From Eledone cirrhosa (Eukaryota), in the NCBI GenBank assembly GCA_964016885.1, contig OZ024753.1, positions 22,072,001 through 22,136,000 on the forward strand: DNA of 64,000 nt. Reading direction: 5' to 3'. The position numbers and the translations under genes were made by a program. The notes beneath the pieces are model-generated. The model was not told the origin of the DNA and ran no database searches. It saw nothing but the letters and a program-made list of their open reading frames with translations. Positions 33,001 to 44,239 of this stretch are shown here, one piece after another. The stretch's first letter is position 1. Every line of letters starts with the position of its first letter.

Positions 33001-36000
33001 TGTGGTATATACACCATTAGTGATGGAGTATATACACCAACCATTGATGTGGTATATACACCATTAGTGATGTGGTATATACACCATTAGTGATGTGGCA
33101 TATACACCATTAGTGATGTGGTATATATACCATCAGTGATGTGGTATATACACCATTATGGTGTGGTATATACACCATTTGTGATGTGGTAGTATATACA
33201 CCATTAGTGACGTGGTATATACACCATATGTGACGTGGTATATACACCATTAGTGATGTGGTATATACACCATTAGTGGTATGGTATATAAACCATTAGT
33301 GATGTTGTATACACACCATCAGTGATGTGATCGTATATACAGAATTAGTGATGTGGTATATACACAATTAGTAATGTAGTATATACACCATTAGTGATGT
33401 GGTATATACACCTAAGTGATGTGGTATATACACCATTTGTGATGTAGTATATATGCCATTAGTAATGTGGTATATACACCATTATTGATGCGGTATATAC
33501 ACCATCCAGTGATGTGGTATATACACCATTAGTAATGTGGTGGTATATACACCATTAGTGATGTGATATATACACCATTAGTGACGTGTTGGTATATACA
33601 AGATTAGTGGTGTGGTATATACACCATTAGTGACGTCGTTTATACACCATTAGTGATGTGGTGGTATATACACCATTAGTGATGTGGTATATACACCATT
33701 CCCGATGAGGTATATACACCATTAGCGATGCGGTATATACACCATTACTGATGAGGTATACACCCCATCAGTGATGTGGTATATACACCATTAGTGATGT
33801 AGTATAGTCACCATTAGTGATGTGGTATATAAACCATCAGTGATATGGTGGTATATACACCATCAGTTTTGTGGTATATACACCATTAGTTATGTAGTAT
33901 ATACACCATTAGTGATGTAGTGTATACACCATTAGTGATGTGGAATATACACCATTAGTGATGTGGTATATACACAATTAGTGATGTGGTATATACACCA
34001 TTAGTGATGTTGTATATACACCATTAGTGATGTGGTATATACACCATTAGTCATGTAGTATGTACACCAATAGTAATGTGGTATATACACCATTAGTGAT
34101 GTGGCATCTACACCATCCAGTGATGTGGTATATACACCATTAGTGATGTGGTATGTACACCATCCAATGATGTGTATATACACCATTAGTGATGTGGTAT
34201 ATACAGCAGTAGTGCTGTGGTATGTACACCATTAGTGATGGAGTATATACACCATCCATTGATGTGGTACATACACCATTAGTGTTTTAGTATATACACC
34301 ATTAGTGATGTGGTGGTATATACACCATTAGTGATGTGGTATATACACCATTCGCGATGTGGTATATACACCATTAGCGATGCGGCATATACACCATTAC
34401 TGATGTGGTATATACACCATCAGTGATGTTGTATATACACCATTAGTGATGTGGTATACACACCATTAGTGATGTAGTATATACACCATTAGTGATGTGG
34501 TATATACACCATTAGTGATGTGGTATATATACCATTAGTGATGGAGTATATACACTATTAGTGATGTGGTATATACACCATTAATGGTGTGGCATATACA
34601 CCATTAGTGATGTGGCATATACACCATTAGTGATGTGGTATATACACCATTAGTGATGGAGTATATACACCAACCATTGATGTGGTATATACACCATTAG
34701 TGATGTAGTATATACACCATTAGTGATGTAGTATATACACCATTAATGGTGTGGTATATACACCATTAGTGATGTGGTATATACACCATTAGTGATGTGG
34801 TATATACACCATTAGTGGTGTGGTATATAAACCATTAGTGATGTTGTATATACACCATCAGTGATGTGGTCGTATATACAGCATTAGTGATGTGGTATAT
34901 ACACCATTAGTGATGTGGCATATACACCACTAGTGATGTGGTAGTATATACACCATTAGTGACGTGGTATATACACCATATGTGACGTGGTATATACACC
35001 ATTAGTGATGTAGTATATACACCACTAGTGATGTGGTATATACACCTAAGTGATGTGGCATATACACCATTTGTGATGTAGTATATACGCCATTAGTAAT
35101 GTGGTATATACACCATTATTGATGCGGTATATACACCATCCAGTGATGTGGTATATACACCATTAGTAATGTGGTGGTATATACACCATTAGTGATGTGA
35201 TATATACACCATTAGTGACGTGTTGGTATATACACGATTAGTGGTGTGGTATATACACCATTAGTGACGTGGTTTATACACCATTAGTGATGTGGTGGTA
35301 TATACACCATTAGTGATGTGGTATATACACCATTCCCAATGAGGTATATACACCATTAGCGATGCGGTATATACACCATTACTGATGTGGTATATACACC
35401 ATCAGTGATGTGGTATATACCCCATTAGTGATGTAGTATATTCACCATTAGTGATGTGGTATATAAACCATCAGCGATATGGTGGTATATACACCATCAG
35501 TTTTGTGGTATATACACCATTAGTGATGTAGTATATACACCATTAGTGATGTGGTATATACACCATTAGTGATGTAGTGTATACACCATTAGTGATGTGG
35601 AATATACACCATTAGTGATGTGGTATATACACCATTAGTCATGTAGTATATACACCAATAGTAATGTGGTATATACACCATTAGTGATGTGGTATCTACA
35701 CCATCCAGTGATGTGGTATATACACCATTAGTGATGTGGTATGTACACCATCCAATGATGTGTATATACACCATTACTGATGTGGTATATACACCAGTAG
35801 TGCTGTGATATGTACACCATTAATGATGGAGTATATACACCATCCATTGATGTGGTATATCCACTATTAGTGATGTGGTGGTATATACACCATTAGTGAT
35901 GTGGTATATACACCATTAGCGATGTGGTATATACACCATTAGTGATTCGGTATATACACCATCAGTGATGTGGTATATACACCATTAGTGATGTAGTATA

Positions 36001-37790
36001 TACACCATTAGTGATGTAGTATATACACAATTAGTGATGTGGTATATACACCATTAGTGATGTAGTATATACACCATTAGTGATGTGGTATATACACCAT
36101 TAGTCATGTAGTATTTACACCAATAGTAATGTGGTATATACACCATTAGTGATGTGGTATCTACACCACCCAGTGATGTGGTATATACACCATTAGTGAT
36201 GTGGTATGTACACCATCCAATGATGTGGTATATACACCATTAGTGTGTTAGTATATAAACTATCCACTGATGTGGTATATACACCATTAGTGATGTGGTA
36301 CATACACCATTAGTGATGTGGTATATACTCCATCCAGTGATGTGGTATATTCACCATCAGTGATGTGGTATATACACCATTAGTGATGTGCTATATACAC
36401 CATAAGTGATGTGGTATATATACCATTAGTGATGTGGTATACACACCATCCGGTGATATGGTATATACACCATTAGTGATGTGGTATATACACCATTAGT
36501 TAAGTGGTATATACACCATTAGTGGTGTGATTTGGTATATACACCATCAGTGATGTGGTGGTATATACACCATCAGTGATGTGTTATATATACCATTAGT
36601 GATGTGGTATATACACCATTAGTGATGTGGTATATAAACCATCAGTGATGTGCCTGGTATATACACCATCAGTGATGTGTTATATACACCATTAGTGATG
36701 TCGTATATACACCATCAGTGATGTGGTATATACACCATCCAGTGATGTGGTATATACACCATTAGTGATGTGGTATATACACCATTAGTGATGTGGTATA
36801 TACACCATTAGTGATGTGACATATACACCATTAGTGATGTGGTATACACACCATTAGTGGTGTGGTATATACACCATTAGCCATGTGGTATATACACTAT
36901 CAGTGATGTGGTATATACATCATTAGTGATGTAGTATATACACCATCAGTGATGTGGTGGTATATACACCATCAGTGATGTGGTATATACACTCTTAGTG
37001 ATGTGGTATATACACCATCCAGTGATGTGTTATATACACTATTAGTGATGTAGTATATACACCATTAGTGATGAGGTATATACACCATCTACTGATGTGG
37101 TGTATACACCACTAGTTATGTGGTATATACACCATTAGTGATGTAGTATATACACAGTTAGTGATGTGGTATATACACCATTAGTGATGTGGTATATACA
37201 CCATTAGTAATGTATTTTATACACCATTAGTCATGTGTTATATACACCATTATTGATGTGGTATATACACCATTAGTGATATGGTATATACACCATTAGT
37301 GATGTGGTATATACACCATTACTGATGTGTTATATACACCATTAGTGATGGTGTATATACACCATCTGTGATGTGGTATATACACCATTAGTGATGTGGT
37401 GGTATATACACCATTAGTGATGTGGTATATACACCATTAGTGGTGTCGTATATACACCATCAGTGATGTGGTATATACACCATTACTGATGTAGTATATA
37501 CACCATTAGTGATGTGGTATATGCACCATTAGTGATGTGGTATATACGCCATTAGTTGTGTGGTATATACACTATCAGTGATGTGGTGGTATATACACCA
37601 TCAGTGATGTGGTATATACACCATTAGTGATGTGGTATATACACCATCCAGTGATGTGGTATATACACCATTAGTGATGTGGTATATACACCATTAGTGA
37701 TGTGGTATATACACCATTAGTGATGTGGTATATACACCATTAGTGATGTGGTATATACACCATTAGTAATGTGGTAGTATATACTGCACC
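1..37790. repeat. Satellite array 1, 23-bp monomer (consensus CACCATTAGTGATGTGGTATATA), running off the left edge
   Basis: Continuous 23-bp period (e.g. CACCATTAGT at 291 and 314). Recurrent variants: 26-bp GTGGTGG, 24-bp CATCCAGT, GTAGTA, CACAATT. Degenerates into unique DNA at ~37775-37810. Confidence 0.98.
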
Positions 37791-39210
37791 ATTTTAACTG
37801 TGGTGTTATGTCTGACCAGTCCATGGTTTCCGGGCTTTTTTGTGTCATTGCCGACTTTGACATAGACACATTTTCCACCACTCACTTGTATAGTAAATAT
37901 TCAAAAGAATACCTGTTACCGGTGCGTTATTCCCATTAACCTCCTGTTCTTTTTAAATACCTATTCTTTGCATATCTCCTTCATATATTTTTCTGCAGGT
38001 AACATATGTTGAAATACCTTTTTAATATTCAAATTCCTATATCATCCGCCAAAATTCCTAATTGCCGACCGTGTTCTATTTAGTTGCTCATCGGCCATCC
38101 AACAGTTGAAATCGCCCATCGGTGTTCACTAGAGTGTGTTTATATGTGGTCGTTGTTATCGTACCTGTGTATATCTATTTATTTATATTCATCTTCGGTC
38201 AGTATTCTGTGTTTGGTTATGGTTGTTGTTGTGGTTATTCCATTCGTTTTTTCTGTTCAACTTAGTTTTCTTAGTTCTATCTCAGCTGCTTCTCTAATTT
38301 GTCTGCTTGTCGTGTCATTTCTATGTTTAGATATTATTTTAATTTCTATTTTGCCTATATTACCATCATGTCTTTGTCTGTAAAATATCTAAACATAGAA
38401 ATGACTCAACATACCTAGAGACAAGTAGTTAATACAACCAGGCACCCCAACGAATTCCTGCTGACAGCTAAACCATCTAGAACAATAAGGTCTAACGACT
38501 TCTATACAATCTTTAATTTTATTTCGATTTCTAGACTTCCGCCTTCTCCTACCACGTTTTGCTTCTCCCCTTTTTCTCTCCTTTTCTCCTTTATCCCCCC
38601 CCCCCCACACTTTCAGCCTCTGCAATTCTGCTATTTATACTTTCGTCAAATATCTTCTATACCAATCCCATCGATCACCTTTACAATTCTTTGCAATTCC
38701 TAATTTCCGTTCACCATCTACCCACTCCCGTTACCCCCACCCTTCCTGATCCCAATAACATGTATATAAAACGAACATGGGACATATGTCAATAGTTTCG
38801 GTGCGATCGACCATGTAAACTCGCATATCTGAGGAGATGTCGATGAAGAGTTTAGATCCGATCGCCTTTTCAAACCCGAGTTGAACGATATCGATTTTTT
38901 AAACACGATATCTTGTTTTCTTCCTTTCTTTTTTCTTCCCTTTTTTCTTTGTTTTATTCATGAGACTCTCGTACTATCAGAGCCACCACACCTTTCCCCT
39001 GACGTCACAAATTTTATGTGTATTGGTTGTCGCTTAATGTCAATAAATTAATGTTTTGTCTCTCGTCTCTCTACTGGACAGCGTTTGGGTTGTGTCATTG
39101 TGACCCCGGGTGGACCAGCAGTACCGTTTATGGGGTCAAAGCTGCTAAGGTCCATCTCAATGGCCAATGACCCTGGAGTTCTGTGTTCTTCGCAAGAGGT
39201 TCTTTCCACA

Positions 39211-39229
39211 TTTTTCTGTCTCTTATGGC

Positions 39230-39327
<98 letters not shown>

Positions 39328-39341
39328 GCCATAAGAGACAG

Positions 39342-39346
<5 letters not shown>
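39211..39346. repeat. Palindrome: 23-bp unique arms enclosing ~90 bp of (TA)n
   Basis: TTTTTCTGTCTCTTATGGCAGGG (39211-39233), then (AT)n, then CCCTGCCATAAGAGACAGAAAAA (39324-39346), the exact reverse complement. Confidence 0.95.
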
Positions 39347-39372
<26 letters not shown>

Positions 39373-39385
39373 TGGAACAAGTAAG

Positions 39386-39479
39386 ACCCCGACGGCTGAG
39401 CTCAAGCCGTTTCGACGGCTAATTCTGTACTGGATGAAAATTTATTCTGGTATTTAAATAGCCGAGCTTATCAAGGGGT
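39386..39479 (-). ncRNA. Second copy of the same hammerhead ribozyme on the minus strand
   Basis: Reverse complement of 39855-39948 within the left arm; no differences seen in this segment. Confidence 0.78.
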
Positions 39480-39854
39480 AATTCCATATATGGTCAAAGA
39501 GATAATCACCAGGATTGGTCACATCACAAATTAGTAGTAAATCTGTGATGGCAAATTGGTGGGGGAAGAGGTAGCTAAACCTGCCGGTAGGAGAAAAAGG
39601 GAGAGGGGGTGGAGTAGACCCATTCATGCGTTTCGACCTCCTCCCCCTCCCCCTCCCCTGTATCCTCTTTGACCTCACACCCAGCTGTAGCTGGCACTAC
39701 CAACGCATGAATGGGTCTACTCCACCCCCTCTCCCTGTTTCTCCTACCGGCAGGTTTAGCTACCCCTTCCCCCACCAATTTGCCATCACAGATTTACTAC
39801 TGACTTGTGATGTGACCAATCCTGGTGATTATCTCTTTGACCATATATGGAATT

Positions 39855-39948
39855 ACCCCTTGATAAGCTCGGCTATTTAAATACCAGAATAAATTTTCAT
39901 CCAGTACAGAATTAGCCGTCGAAACGGCTTGAGCTCAGCCGTCGGGGT
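39855..39948 (+). ncRNA. Type I hammerhead ribozyme, U3-A8 core variant; predicted cleavage after GUC at 39943
   Basis: Stem I ACCCC(39855-59)/GGGGT(39944-48). Core TTGATAA (39860-66) equals CUGANGA with compensatory C3U/G8A. Stem II G-C closing pair plus CGGCTA/TAGCCG around a ~37-nt loop. GAAA at 39921-24. Stem III ACGGC/GCCGT capped by palindromic TGAGCTCA. GTC triplet present. Distal stem I GGAA/TTCC. Confidence 0.8.
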
Positions 39949-40039
39949 CTTACTTGTTCCTATTACCCACTCTACTACCCTAAGTATTGAGTACTTTGGT
40001 GCGTTATGGTCTACTTGGTTCCTTACCACATTTCCTTCG

Positions 40040-40040
<1 letters not shown>

Positions 40041-40110
<70 letters not shown>
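40041..40110. repeat. (TA)n microsatellite
   Basis: Pure TA run. Confidence 0.97.
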
Positions 40111-40114
<4 letters not shown>

Positions 40115-40143
40115 AAAGAATAGAGGTGTAACACACAAGTTAT

Positions 40144-40504
40144 TATATATTGGTAAACGGAATAGAAAATGCTGACAAATTGTTCACAGTGAAAAATAGT
40201 TTAATTAGGAATAAATGAGAATTAGTAATTGTATTGGTTAGTATTCAGTTTTGGTTTTAAGTTTTACCGGTTGCGCATTTCTAAATGCTTTTCAAAAATA
40301 ATTTTGAGATAGAGCGTCCGTGATGTTTGCTCTGATCCGGACGCTCTATCTCAAAATTATTTTTGAAAAGCATTTAGAAATTAGCAACCGGTAAAACTTA
40401 AAACCAAAACTGAATACTAACCAATACAATTACTAATTCTCATTTATTCCTAATTAAACTATTTTTCACCGTGAACAATTTGTCAGCATTTTCTATTCCG
40501 TTTA

Positions 40505-40514
<10 letters not shown>
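40144..40514. repeat. Inverted repeat, ~177-bp arms with a 17-bp spacer
   Basis: 40144-40320 is the reverse complement of 40338-40514, with ~3 substitutions. Spacer TGATGTTTGCTCTGATC. The right arm runs into (TA)n. Confidence 0.95.
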
Positions 40515-40582
<68 letters not shown>

Positions 40583-40595
40583 TATATATATATAT
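40508..40595. repeat. (TA)n microsatellite
   Basis: TA run with one AATT interruption. Confidence 0.97.
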
Positions 40596-40868
40596 GGGAC
40601 AAGCTTCGGGCTTACGGCAAGAGCACCCTGGTGGGGTGTTGCTCTTAGGGCTGTTAGTGATGTGGGCCTTCATGTTCTTAGCGCAGGAGTATCCTAGTTT
40701 TACTTTGTGTCGGTTAAAGATGGAGCGGTATTTATGACCTATGGGAAAGTGTCTATCTAAGAGAGCTAGAAATCTTTTTCCTACGTTGGTTTTAACGTTG
40801 AATGAGAAGGGAGGAGAGAACCAGTTAGTTTGTCTATTGTTACGCTTTGTTTTCTTATTGCTGTTGTT
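40596..40868 (-). pseudogene. Penelope-like retroelement fragment: linker between RT and GIY-YIG endonuclease, truncated at (TA)n
   Basis: Manual translation, 91 open codons: NNSNKKTKRNNRQTNWFSPPFSFNVKTNVGKRFLALLDRHFPIGHKYRSIFNRHKVKLGYSCAKNMKAHITNSPKSNTPPGCSCRKPEACP. Matches the remembered PLE linker pattern WFxPP..VxTNxG+xFLxL+DxHFP..IFNRxxVK+xYSC..CxCx5CP. Recognised from memory, not searched. Confidence 0.85.
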
Positions 40869-40878
40869 AATAAATTAT

Positions 40879-41001
40879 ATCAGTACTAGAATCTCAAACC
40901 TCTCCTCTAATAAGGCTATCTTTGACAGAGAAGCACCCTACTATAACACGGCGTTAGCTCACAGCGGCTTCTCGCAACTTATCACTTACTCTAACAACAG
41001 C
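40879..41001 (+). pseudogene. Penelope-like retroelement fragment: C-terminal end of the RT thumb
   Basis: ISTRISNLSSNKAIFDREAPYYNTALAHSGFSQLITYSNNS fits the PLE pattern IxxRISxxSS...F...YxxALxxSG+...Y that precedes the linker above. It ends in the same NNS codons with which the minus-strand piece begins. Confidence 0.8.
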
Positions 41002-41034
41002 GCGTTCGTACGATTGTCCTTCCTGTTCCGTATA

Positions 41035-41092
41035 ACCATGTCCATTACGAACTGAGGATACGCTAAGGTGAAACAATTGTTCTCGGCATGGT
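41035..41092 (+). ncRNA. Minimal type I hammerhead ribozyme of PLE type, possibly decayed
   Basis: CTGAGGA (41052-58), one extra T, short stem II AC..GT, then GAAAC-AATT-GT (2-bp stem III with palindromic tetraloop). GTT triplet at 41079-81. Stem I CGA/TCG with an A-C mismatch next to the core, extended by ACCATGT/GCATGGT. Confidence 0.6.
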
Positions 41093-41183
41093 GAACTAAC
41101 TGTTGTGTTACCACTTCTACCTAACTCGTCCCATGAACTGAGTGCTCTACCACTACGGATATTACCTTCCAGTGTTCTAACAC

Positions 41184-41386
<203 letters not shown>

Positions 41387-41633
41387 CATTATCTATAAAA
41401 GGCAGATTGTTGTTGTTGTGTGTGTGTGTGTGCAGGTTCCATGTTTATACATTTGCACAATTTCAAACCGATTCGACTCAAAGTCTGTAAGACTGTTGTA
41501 AATGGTATAAATAGTCAACGACTATTTATTCCATTCAGATTCACCCACAATTACGGAAATAATTGATAAAACTAAATACATGACGCTTTACCCCTCTAAT
41601 AGAATCTGATACCTCTCTCTACTCTCCTTAAAC

Positions 41634-41637
<4 letters not shown>

Positions 41638-41676
<39 letters not shown>
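41638..41676. repeat. (GA)n microsatellite inside the Helitron
   Basis: Direct reading. Confidence 0.95.
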
Positions 41677-41679
<3 letters not shown>

Positions 41680-41766
41680 CGTTTGTTTTTTTAGTGTGGA
41701 ACGGTCAAATATTTATTTACTTCAATGACAAAGAGAACTTATTACATTTCATACGAAACAACAATT

Positions 41767-42333
41767 ATTCAAAAGCAACAGATAAATTTATTCAACAACA
41801 AAAAAAATGCCGATAAATCTTTTTTAAAACATCTATCAACGAACGTGGAAGAAAGAAGTATCAGTTCATTTACTATACACAATAATATCCTCTATGAGGT
41901 CACTAAACCTGCTAGAAACAGCAGCTAACTCTCCCCCATATCACACCACTCCCTACTGTCTTAAATTTAGAAAACATATCCTATATGAGGTTACTAAACC
42001 TGCTAGAAACAGCAGCTAACTCGCCCCCATATTCAAAAGCAACAGATACATTTTTTCAACAACAACAAAAATAGCGATAAATCTTTTTTAAAAGATCTAT
42101 CAACGAACGTGGAAGAAAGAAGTATCAGTTCATTTACTATACACAATAATATCCTCTATGTGGTCACTAAACCTGCTAGAAACAGCAGCTAACTCTCCCC
42201 CATATCACACCACTCCCTACTGTCTTAAATTTAGAAAACATATCCTCTACGAGGTCACTAAACCTACTAGAAACAGCAGCTAACTCTCCCCCATATCACA
42301 CCACTCCATACTGTCTTAAATTTAGAAAACACA
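41767..42333 (+). repeat. Nested tandem duplication: 264-bp unit x2 containing a 91-bp subunit
   Basis: ATTCAAAAGCAACAGATA at 41767 and 42031. ATATCCTCTATGAGGTCACTAAACC-like starts at ~41885, 41976, 42149 and 42240. Confidence 0.92.
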
Positions 42334-42626
42334 TTAGACAACCACGCAGAACAACTCCATCGCAGCTCTGTTGTTCGGCTGGCATCGTCTACGCGCGTGT
42401 TGTGCAAGTACTGTGAAACAATAAATTTCAACACTTCTTTGCACAGAGATAATATCCATAGGTGAAACTACAATTGTCACTGCTGGCGCAGCTCCTGCTT
42501 CGGCAGTCCAGGTCTGCAATTCATTCACCCAGTGCCTGGCAGACAAAAGAGTGCTGCCATAAAATGGGTGGTGCAACCTAACTTTGGTAACTTACTGACC
42601 CCGAGCAACGCCGGGCTTTAATGCTA

Positions 42627-42627
<1 letters not shown>

Positions 42628-42697
<70 letters not shown>

Positions 42698-42712
42698 TAT
42701 ATATATATATAT
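42628..42712. repeat. (TA)n microsatellite
   Basis: TA run with a short CA interruption. Confidence 0.96.
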
Positions 42713-42903
42713 AGCTTTTACAGGACTAGAACTGTTTACAATTTCATAGGGAGCGGGTTGGCAAGACCTTTCAGTCCTGACTTAATAAAGAACATTATTG
42801 AATACGATTCCAAGATTGACGTAGACGCTCTGACAGTTGTGAAATATTTGTGTTTTGAATCATCAATAATAGAATAGGCAATATAACAATTCCTTAGAAG
42901 CAA

Positions 42904-43945
42904 ACACACACACACACACATATATATATATACACACTCACACACACACACATACATACGCACTCACACACACACACACACACATACATACACACACTTA
43001 CACATGCATACATACATACTCACACACACATACACACATACATACACAAATACTTACACACTCACCCCCACACACACACATACATACACACAAATACATA
43101 CATACACACATACACACACATACATACACACACACACACATACTTACACACATACACTCATATATACACAAATAGACACACAGATATTCACGAATACAGA
43201 CCGACACCCTACACACACGCAAACACACTCACGAACACATACACACTCACATACATACAAATACACACATACACACATTCACACTCACATATAGACACAC
43301 ACAAATACACACATTCAGAAGTACTCACACACATGCACACCTACACACTCATATTCACTCAAAAACACATGCATACACACACATACATACACACACATAC
43401 ATACACGCAAATACATACATACACACACAAACACACGAGCACATACAAACACTTAATGCAAACATACATAAACACACACAAACACACGCACACACAGCAA
43501 CACACACACAGCAACAGTACACAGCAACACACACACACACACACACAGCAACACACACACACACACAGCAGTACACACTCACAGCAGCACACACACACAG
43601 CAACACACACACAGCAACACACACACACACAGCAACACACACACAGCAACACACACACAGCAACACACACACACAGCAACACACACACACAGCAACACAT
43701 ACACACAGCAACACACACACAGCAACACACACACAGCAGCACACACACAGCGTCACACACATACAGCAGCACACAGCAACACACACCCACAGCAACACAC
43801 ATACACAGTAACACACATACACAGGAGCAGCACTCACACAGACACACAGCAACACACAAACATACAGCAGTACACAGCAACACACAAATATACAGCAGCA
43901 CACAGCAACACACACATACAGCAGCACACAGCTACCTACACATAC
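42904..43945. repeat. Degenerate (CA)n/(CATA)n tract grading into a CAGCAA(CA)n minisatellite
   Basis: CA/CATA mosaic to ~43490, then repeated CAGCAA or CAGCAG followed by variable (CA)n. Confidence 0.93.
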
Positions 43946-44239
43946 CCAGTAAATCAGTAAATACATTATTAAATAGCTTAAGAAAGAGACTCAGCATTCT
44001 ATAATGGTGTCTAGTCTAGATATTATAATGTCTCTTCCCGTAATGGCTATTTCCATTATCTATAATACTAATAAAATATAGAAACAGAACAAAAACAAAA
44101 AATTATTAATCGGAATCTAATGTAAGCAAATATCTTGTTTAACAAATGTTTTACTTGGTGCTGTATTCATTTCATAGTAATTTCAAATCGTCACGAAACT
44201 CCGAAAGGGGTCAACAATGACGAGGAGTTTATTGGGAAC

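Larger units (their letters stand above)
39374..39960. repeat. Long inverted repeat, 259-bp arms with a 69-bp spacer
   Basis: 39374-39632 is the reverse complement of 39702-39960. About 4 substitutions and no indels seen by eye. Confidence 0.95.
39374..40040 (+). mobile_element. Putative non-coding PLE terminal-repeat (pLTR) or retrozyme-like element with an inverted partial copy, bounded by (TA)n
   Basis: Hammerhead-bearing sequence with an ~80-nt tail (39961-40040) running into (TA)n. The inverted left copy lacks the tail. Inverted pLTRs, hammerheads and AT-rich targets are known PLE traits. No ORF evidence in this piece. Confidence 0.55.

Noticed and set aside
19494-35774. Three short minus-strand ORFs in satellite 1
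   Set aside because: Chance stop-free runs of the 23-mer; the translations are repeat-derived.
1-37790. CRISPR-like array (23-bp and 29-bp partly palindromic repeats)
   Set aside because: Monomers are head-to-tail with no unique spacers, there are no cas genes, and the context is eukaryotic.
38084-38906. Four short ORFs (hydrophobic or basic)
   Set aside because: They reflect T-rich or pyrimidine-rich composition; no recognisable motif.
38822-38912. Possible hammerhead: CTGAGGA followed by a GATGTCG/CGATATC stem
   Set aside because: The stem is followed by GATTTTTT rather than GAAA, and there is no stem III; at best a decayed relic.
39000-39007. TGACGTCA CRE-like motif (also at 51031-51038)
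   Set aside because: Isolated 8-mers with no promoter or gene context.
39048-40134. ORFs with YIYIYI runs, and mirrored ORFs in the inverted repeat
   Set aside because: Artefacts of (TA)n and of the palindrome.
40741-41055. 104-aa ORF as an intact gene
   Set aside because: It is a chimera: the first part is antisense to the PLE linker and only 40879-41001 is real coding remnant.
41100-41185. Faint similarity to the reverse complement of the 29-bp satellite (CTCTACCA, GTTCTAAC)
   Set aside because: Only 8-bp matches with no periodicity; compatible with chance.
42715-42900. Possible isolated exon (TTTTACAG acceptor followed by ~50 open codons)
   Set aside because: No recognisable protein motif or partner exons; needs RNA-seq or BLASTX.
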